From Octopus vulgaris (Eukaryota), in NCBI GenBank assembly GCA_951406725.2, contig OX597821.1, positions 68,386,001 through 68,450,000 of the forward strand: a stretch of 64,000 nt of DNA, given 5' to 3'. Of this stretch, positions 56,196 through 64,000 are shown piece by piece. The notes beneath the pieces were generated by a model. That model did no database searches and had not been told where the DNA came from. It was given only the letters and a program-made list of their open reading frames with translations. Made by a program: the position numbers and the translations under genes. How positions within the stretch are numbered: position 1 is the first letter of the stretch; every line of letters begins with the position of its first letter.

Positions 56196-56862
56196 CCATG
56201 TATGAGTATATATTTGCATATATGTAATAAGCACAAAAACTAGCAAGAACATGAACCAAGCATTGCAACTGAAGACGACTGGTGATTACGCCAATCGAAG
56301 TGTTGTTGTTTAATTTAAATCCCGTTTTGAATATTTAAAAAAAGAAATAATGATAATAATTTTGAATTAAACGAACAAAAAAAGTTATTGAGATCCTTCG
56401 ATTTCACAACTATGCCACCATCTCCGTTTGTAAATATATGTTTGGTTGCTTGTTTCTGATTGTGCACATTAGCATATGAAGACAAGTCAGTGAATCGTTT
56501 CAACGACAGGCCTCATAGCTTTTAATATTTGCAGTCCAGCTAGTTATCGATCAGATCAAACACATATTCCTAACGGACCAAGGAATTATTTGTGGTGTTT
56601 GTTGCTCTGTGGCTCAGTCATTGTTATTATTGAATTGCTGCTGCTGCTGCTGTTGCTTCTATCACTTTGTTTGTTGTAGTTGTTGTTCTTTGTGATGTTG
56701 TTGTTGTTTATATTTGTTTGTTCATTCGATGTCGTGTGAAGTGGTGAATCAGTTGTTATAACTGTTGGACAGAGATCAAGGAATTTTAGTGTCACGGAAG
56801 ATTCCTACCAACGAATAATATAATATTTTGTAAAAAACTTTTTTTCATTGTGCTTTTATTTG

Positions 56863-56905
<43 letters not shown>

Positions 56906-57031
56906 TACATATATATATACATACATGCATTCATATATATATATATATATATATATACATACATGCATTCATATATATATATATATATACATACATACAT
57001 ATATACATACATGCATACATACATACATACA

Positions 57032-57065
<34 letters not shown>

Positions 57066-57179
57066 CATACATGCATTCATATATATATATATGTATGTAT
57101 ATATATGCATACAGACATGTATATAATGTATTGTATATACATATGTATGCATGTATGTATATTTATATAAATATATATG

Positions 57180-57240
<61 letters not shown>

Positions 57241-57346
57241 TTATATATATATACATATATATATACATGCTTGGGTGAATGCGTTTATGAATGTATATGT
57301 GACTATATATATATAAATATATACACACAAATGTATATATATGAGT

Positions 57347-57389
<43 letters not shown>

Positions 57390-58821
57390 ATACTGTCTTT
57401 ACATAGATACATTCATACATAAACGTGTATGTGTTTGTGTATAATACACAATATGTGTATATAATACTGCCTTTAAATAGATAGACGGATACATGCATAC
57501 TTACATATACGTGTGTGTGTGTGTGAGTATACGTGTTTGTATATATATATATATATATATATATGCATATATTCATACATACATACATATTAATTTATGA
57601 GTGTTTGTAAATAATATTGACTCAACGCTACCTTGCACAAACATAAGCACACAAACACATCATATATTACAACTCACGCAACATAATGCGTTCCTTACTC
57701 AAGCACTTCATTTGCACAACACTACTGCTACTTGGTCAGATAACGTAAACACATTTCATTATGTTAAACTTCATACACTAAGCGCATAATATATACAAGT
57801 ATACGCAAAAATATATGGAACAGTACGTATATATAAAAGAAAAACACACACATGCATATACAATCACAAACATATACACGTATCTGTATTAGAACTTTTC
57901 AAAAAATAAAGAAAAAATTAAGATATAAAAAAAAAAGGAAATTGAAACCAACTTTATCCTCATTAATATATTTCACTTACAACATAATTTAATTAATACA
58001 TCATATTTACACCATAATTAATTAATATATCACACTTTATAGATTACGGCCCTACATGTTTACCCTGAAACGAAACCAGCGTGTCTCAATTACATATCTG
58101 AAATGAGATATAAATCTTTATAGTTAAAAACGAAAATTGAATTTTTTTTCCTGTCGATTACATATTTTGCTAGTTGGAAATTGCTTCTTTTTTTTTATCA
58201 TCAATAATTAGAAAATTTAATGGTGTATACTCACTATAAAATATCTAAGTTCGATACTTGTTAAGCTACACTTTCAAAACTGATGAGCAGATATCTGTTT
58301 TATATCTGTTCACTGTGTCTATAGAGGAAAGGATTAATGTCTAACTTCAACTGGACATTTGAGGAAAGTTAACAACAAAATTATAGTATATTGTCCAAGA
58401 GAAATTCTCTTGATTATTTATTTAATGCTAAAGAAACCGGCCTCTTATATACTTAGCCCTTTGTTTGTCCAAAGTATTTTGATAAGTTCATTCTAAATGT
58501 TCATGATTGCTTCTGTCTTTTGGTTAGGTCTTGTTTCAAACGTTCTGAATAACATAAAGCTTGCCTTTTATAAGTCCAAATTTATTCTGGTGGATGAAAA
58601 CAAGTGGGAATGCGTAGCATACATTATGCATAGAAGGAAGAAAATATAACCGCGTGACGCGTTGGCAAATGTGATATTCTGTTGCCTTCCATTGGATATT
58701 TTAACAAGGTACCATCTTGGCTAGATGCACACCTGTTTGACACACATGTCTGGAAACTCAGAATATAAAGAATCCGAACAAATACTACTTAAACATTTTG
58801 TTCGACATTCTGGCAATTCTA

Positions 58822-59220
58822 CTCTTTTACTTGTTTCAGTCATTTGACTGTGGCCATGCTGAAGCACGGCCTTTAGTCGAGCAAATCGATCCCAGGACTT
58901 ATTCTTTGTAAGCCTAGTATATTTATTCTATCGATCTCTTTTGCCGAACCGCTAATTTTACGGGAACGTAAACACACCAGCATCGGTCGTCAAGCGATGT
59001 TGGGGGGACAAACACAGACACACAAACATATACATACACATGCATATATATACATATATATACGACGGGTTTCTTACAGTTTCCGTCTACCAAATCCACT
59101 CACAAGGCTTTGGTCGGCCCGAAGCTATAGTAGAAGACACTTGCCCAAGGTGTCACGCAGTGGGACTGAACCCGGAACCATGTGGTTGGTAAGCAAGCTA
59201 CTTACCTCACAGCCACTCCA
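58822..59220 (-). mobile_element. SINE family B
   Basis: Reverse-complement match to consensus. Confidence 0.88.
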
Positions 59221-59561
59221 AATTTGAATTCAGCAGAGTTTGAATTCAGAACATGAAGAGCCAGAAAAATACTGCAGAGCATTTCGTCAGGCGTTTCAAC
59301 GCTTCTGCCAATTAGTCGCCATCTTTACTAAACACTTTTTCAATTTTTCGCTGAGCAAGATTCTGAGCAGAGGGTTTCCATCTTGTGCTGGCAATTCACT
59401 TCTCACGTAGCTCAAATACACTTCAGGCAAATCAAATGTTGCTGTAGAAATTTCGTGCTCCTTCACCTTTCCTCCAGAGGTCTGTTGTAAACCCTCAAAA
59501 CATTGTGTTGCTGAAAAAAAGCACGTATCTGTTTGAAATTGAACACGACACATCAGTTTCT

Positions 59562-59977
59562 TAATTCTTTATTGCCCACAAGGGGTTAAACATAGAGGGG
59601 ATAAACAAGGACAAACAAAGGGATTAAGTCAATTATATCGACTCCAGTGCGTAACTAGTACTTAATTTATCGACCCCGAATGGATGAAAGGCAAAGTCGA
59701 CCTCGGCGGAATTTGAACTCAGAACGTAGCGGCAGATGAAATACCTATTTCTTTATTACCCACAAGGGGCTAAACACAGAGGGGACAAACAAGGACAGAC
59801 ATAGGTATTAAGTCAATTATATCGACTCCAGTGCGTAACTAGTACTTAATTTATCGACCCCGAAAGGATGAAAGGCAAAGTCGATCTCGGCGGAATTTGA
59901 ACTCAGAACGTAGCGGCAGATGAAATACCGCTAAGCGTTTCGCCCAGCGTGCTAACGTTTCTGCCAGCTCACCGCCT
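59562..59977 (-). mobile_element. Dimeric SINE family A (long tail)
   Basis: Core+tail present twice; 13-bp TSD CACATCAGTTTCT at 59549-61 and 59983-95. Confidence 0.88.
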
Positions 59978-60729
59978 TAGATCACATCAGTTTCTGTTAG
60001 TCAAACACTATAATTTGATTTTGATGCGAAGATGTGCTTTTTATGTCCATGCTCATGAAACATTTTTCATGTTGCCATGTCTTAGACTAAGTATTTATAT
60101 ATAAACCATAGCACAAACTTCGTGTTTAAGGACCAAGTAGTTATCAAGCTAACAAACTGCAGGGAGCCACTTCCGTGTAATTTTCCCTAGAATTTCAACA
60201 TAAGCACCATTTCTTCAGAAGTGAGCACCAAATCAACACTGTTACAGGACTCACTGAAAAGATGAATAATTGTGATCAAATGGATAAGATGTTGATCATA
60301 TTATCCATCTGAATAGAACTGACTTCTTACCACTTCTAGCAACTCGTAGTCTTTTATTGATGTTCTGTACTTCAAGAAGGAAAAGTTTCTCTCCTTTTCA
60401 TCAATGTACGGAGATGAACATTGAGGTTTAGTTTAGCGGTTGCAATATTGACATCGAATCTTCTCGAAGGAGAATAATTTGAAACTGAAAAATATGAGAA
60501 CCAGTTGTCGATGTGTATTTGCTTCCTAACACATTGCATCGTCTAAATAATAAATTGATGACGTTATTTGTAAGACAGCCAAAATAACTGCAAATTACAA
60601 AAATAGGTTTGTTCAAAATCAATACATATATATTATTCAAAGTTAAGTAATCGAAGGATATTTTTTTAACAATATCGGATCATTCGCCTGATTGCTTTAT
60701 GGTTTCTAACCAAAGATTCTATTTAGTGT

Positions 60730-60767
<38 letters not shown>

Positions 60768-61469
60768 ATCTGTAATTGTCTGTATGTGTCTGTATGCGCG
60801 TGTTTGTGTATCTGTATGTATGACCGTGAAGGACAGAATGCAAAATACTTTTTATCGAGTAGTGTATCCTGTCTATATTTTTAAAGAGAAAAAAATGGGA
60901 TGTTGAGATGTTTATGTCTTTCCTAAGAGTATCAGCAACACAAGAGAGGTAAAATGAATAAAGCAGCGTGAGACCATCCATGCAGTTGTTCTACCTGCTA
61001 GAAAAAACAGCTAAATATCCCTTAATTGTATTCTGTTGTCTAGAAGGAAAGGCTACACTGGACATAACTGCTCTGCATTTGATAACAAGTTGCATAATCA
61101 CGGTTGAACTGAACGTTAAACAACCGATGACAATCATCAAAAGATAACTGCAAGGGAGCAGCAACTGTTGAACCTTCTCTGAACCCAAATTGTTTGTCTC
61201 TGCTGTGACTACGTGGCTACATCAGACTCAACAGGTGGACCTCTACGCTTTTGCTTTGTTTGCTAGAAACAAAAGCCAAAACTCCTTAAACTCGCACACC
61301 GGAGAGTTTTTAGATAGCAACGACACGTTAGATAATACAGATCTTGATGGACTGTATTTGGGAGAGGTTAGACATGGTTGGAATGATTTTGATTAACGGT
61401 TTGCTCGATCAGGATCGATCCGGTGACTAAACAATAACACTTATGATACAGAAATATAACCCAAGAGAC

Positions 61470-61884
61470 GGCAGCGAGCTGGCAGAATCGTTAGCACACC
61501 GGGCGAAATGCTTAGCGGTATTTCGTCTGCCGTTACGTTCTGAGTTCAAATTCCGCCGAGGTCGACTTTGCCTTTCGTCCTTTCGGGGTCGATAAACTAA
61601 GTACCAGTTACGCACTGGGGTCGATATAATCGACTTAATCCGTATGTCTGTCCTTTTTTGTCCTCTCTGTGTTTATCCCCTTGTGGGTAGTAAAGAAATA
61701 GGTATTTCGTCAGCCGCTACGTTCTGATTTCAAATTCCGCCGAGGCTGACTTTGCCTTTCATCCTTTCGGGGTCGATAAATTAAGTATCAGTTACGCACT
61801 GGGGTCGATGTAATCGACTTAGTCCATTTGTCTGTCCTTGTTTGTCCCCTCCATGTTTAGCCCCTTGTGGGCAATAAAGAAATA
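61470..61884 (+). mobile_element. Dimeric SINE family A (long tail)
   Basis: Core+tail present twice; 19-bp TSD AGAAATATAACCCAAGAGA at 61450-68 and 61885-903. Confidence 0.9.
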
Positions 61885-62271
61885 AGAAATATAACCCAAG
61901 AGAGTTTAACCCGATCAATGGACTTGGTTGGAATGAGAAGTGGAGATGTCTGACACTTCGCAGATAAGATGATCAGTTGACTGGTCCTGTAAGTGGGAAA
62001 AGGATAAATGTGTAAAAAAAAACAATAAGGCATCGGATGGGCTCCCAGCGCACAGGTAAATTTTTGCGAAAATTATAGTGTGGTTTACAATGCGTTGCTT
62101 ACTCGTGCTTTTTAATTGAACTGTATTAAGCTTTGTAAGTGTTTGACTAAACTTGCTTATCGGGAAATTTGTAAGTTCGATTTTTTTTCAGTATCACCAT
62201 TACAGGTATTTATACTCCGGTGAAATTAAGAAATCATCTCGTAAATAAACGAAACCCTCGAATCCATCACT

Positions 62272-62323
<52 letters not shown>

Positions 62324-62460
62324 CTATGTATGTATTTATGTATGTTTGAAGAAAAACATACATGGTTTGAGTTAGTGAGACAGGTGGTTGGTGTGTTTGG
62401 TTTGACAGGTGACTGAAAGAAGGGGAAGTTACGTGCTAACTGTATAGTGTTAGTTAAAAG

Positions 62461-62672
62461 GCGGTGAGCTGGCAGAATCGTTAGCACGCCGGGCGAAATA
62501 CTTAGCGGTATTTCGTCTGCCTTTACGTTCTGAGTTCAAATTCCGTCGAGGTCGACTTTGCTTTTCATCCTTTCGGGGTCGATAAATTAAGTATTAGCTG
62601 CGTACCGGAGTCGATCTAATCGGCTGGTGATCTCCCCAAAAATTTCCGGCCTTTTGCCTAGAGTTGAAAAGA
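62461..62672 (+). mobile_element. SINE family A (short tail)
   Basis: Near-consensus copy; flanking repeat GTATAGTGTTAGTTAA on both sides (probable TSD). Confidence 0.88.
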
Positions 62673-63489
62673 GTATAGTGTTAGTTAATCAACAATCACA
62701 GACACATAGTAGCAAAGAAACAAAAGCAGACTAGCGCGTGAAGTCAAGAATAGCAGGAGAAGTCAGAGTTGGATGTGTATTGGAGTGATAGACTTTGAGT
62801 CGAGTATTTATGCCGTTAAGGGTGGAAATTCGTCGTCGGAAAATTAGACTCCCTTGGGACATTCCCTGGGATTAAGGGAGTTGCTGGTTTGAGTTTCGTT
62901 ATCCTTGCACCAACGGTCTAGGAGGAGTTAACGAACATAAAAACGTAACGGACAAAGAAACATCACACAAATTCATATTAAGATAGACTTAGCATATAAA
63001 GTTGTGGTGTTAGAAGTGAAGCGACAAGTGTTGCATTAAGTGCTGGATCAAGCAGAAAGTCAAAGACTGAATGTAATTGATGCGGATAAAAGAGATGTTG
63101 GCCAAGAGCTCACTTAAATGACGGAAGGATGAAAACAATGGTCGGTTTGTAGAAGATGGTAGATGCGAAAATGGTGTAGTCAGCATCCGGGTAGTAAGTG
63201 TGAGGTGACAGGGGAAAGAGTGCAGCGGAAGAGTGGACGAGGGTTAGGAAAAAGGTTCGAGATACGGTTGATAGTAGGGACTCGATAGAAGGCTGTATTC
63301 CCGGAGGGTCCGGACTCTTCCCTAGCATGAAGTGATGCATTTGGTGTCTCTGGAGCCGTAGTTTCTGTTACAAGTTACACGAACCCTGGGAAATTAAAAG
63401 AAGTGGTAGGTGGGTTTGGAGTCAATGGGATAGATGGAAGGAACCTTGATGTGGAAGTTGGACACTGTTGGTATGTATGTTACAGATTT

Positions 63490-63695
63490 CGAAATTTGGC
63501 GCAAGGCCAGCAATTTCGGGAGAGGGTTTAAATCTATTACATCGACCACAGTATTCAACTGGTACTTAATTTTACCGACCCAGAAAAGATGAAAGACAAA
63601 GTCGACCTCGGTGGAATTTGAACTCAGAACGGGAAGACGGACCAAATACCTCTAAGTATTTCTCCTGGCTTGCTAACGACTCTGCCAGATGGACG
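63490..63695 (-). mobile_element. SINE family A
   Basis: Reverse-complement match. Confidence 0.8.
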
Positions 63696-64000
63696 CTTTG
63701 GTTTCGATGTTATTAGAATTCCAATGGAACAAGATGACTGCTTTTACTTATGTAATATAGAGTCTATTTCATATGTATGTACATAAATGTATTTAGGATA
63801 CCAATCTCACTCGTTTAGCCGTTAACAAATTATACAGATACGTACTTTCTTTTTAAAACCTGCTTTCATAGTGAAGCTTTATATATTCATGTTCTGAATT
63901 GATTTATTAATCCATTACATAACGAATTCTTACATTTTGCTCGTGGGATTTTTCTTCATTTTGCATTACTTTCTGAACTTTATCTATATATCCATCTTTA

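Noticed and set aside
58279-58315. CTGATGA followed by a hairpin
   Set aside because: No GAAA half-core; the hairpin sequesters the core itself

Overview
AT-rich, microsatellite-dense eukaryotic non-genic DNA, very probably a coleoid cephalopod (Octopus-type SINE families and repeat landscape; inference). I can support no host gene; almost all listed ORFs are translated microsatellites. The window is a mosaic of mobile DNA: a young 5'-truncated CR1-type LINE with an uninterrupted 761-aa RT ORF (2603-5033); a full-length but broken mariner (14323-15604); degenerate R4/Dong-like, Hero-like and RTE LINEs; a Penelope GIY-YIG remnant; Helitron, hAT and mariner non-autonomous elements; a probable solo LTR; and dozens of tRNA-derived SINEs from at least 4 families. 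The most striking unannotated signal is a set of short non-coding, often fold-back elements at (TA)n tracts that carry type I hammerhead ribozyme folds. The best is 1682-1745 (minus strand), inside a perfect 114-bp inverted repeat; others lie at 26127-26678, 31114-31153 and 52436-52496, and several of these elements share a terminal motif. They look like Penelope-derived, retrozyme-like elements. Coordinates were read by eye and may be off by a few bases; no searches or folding programs were run.
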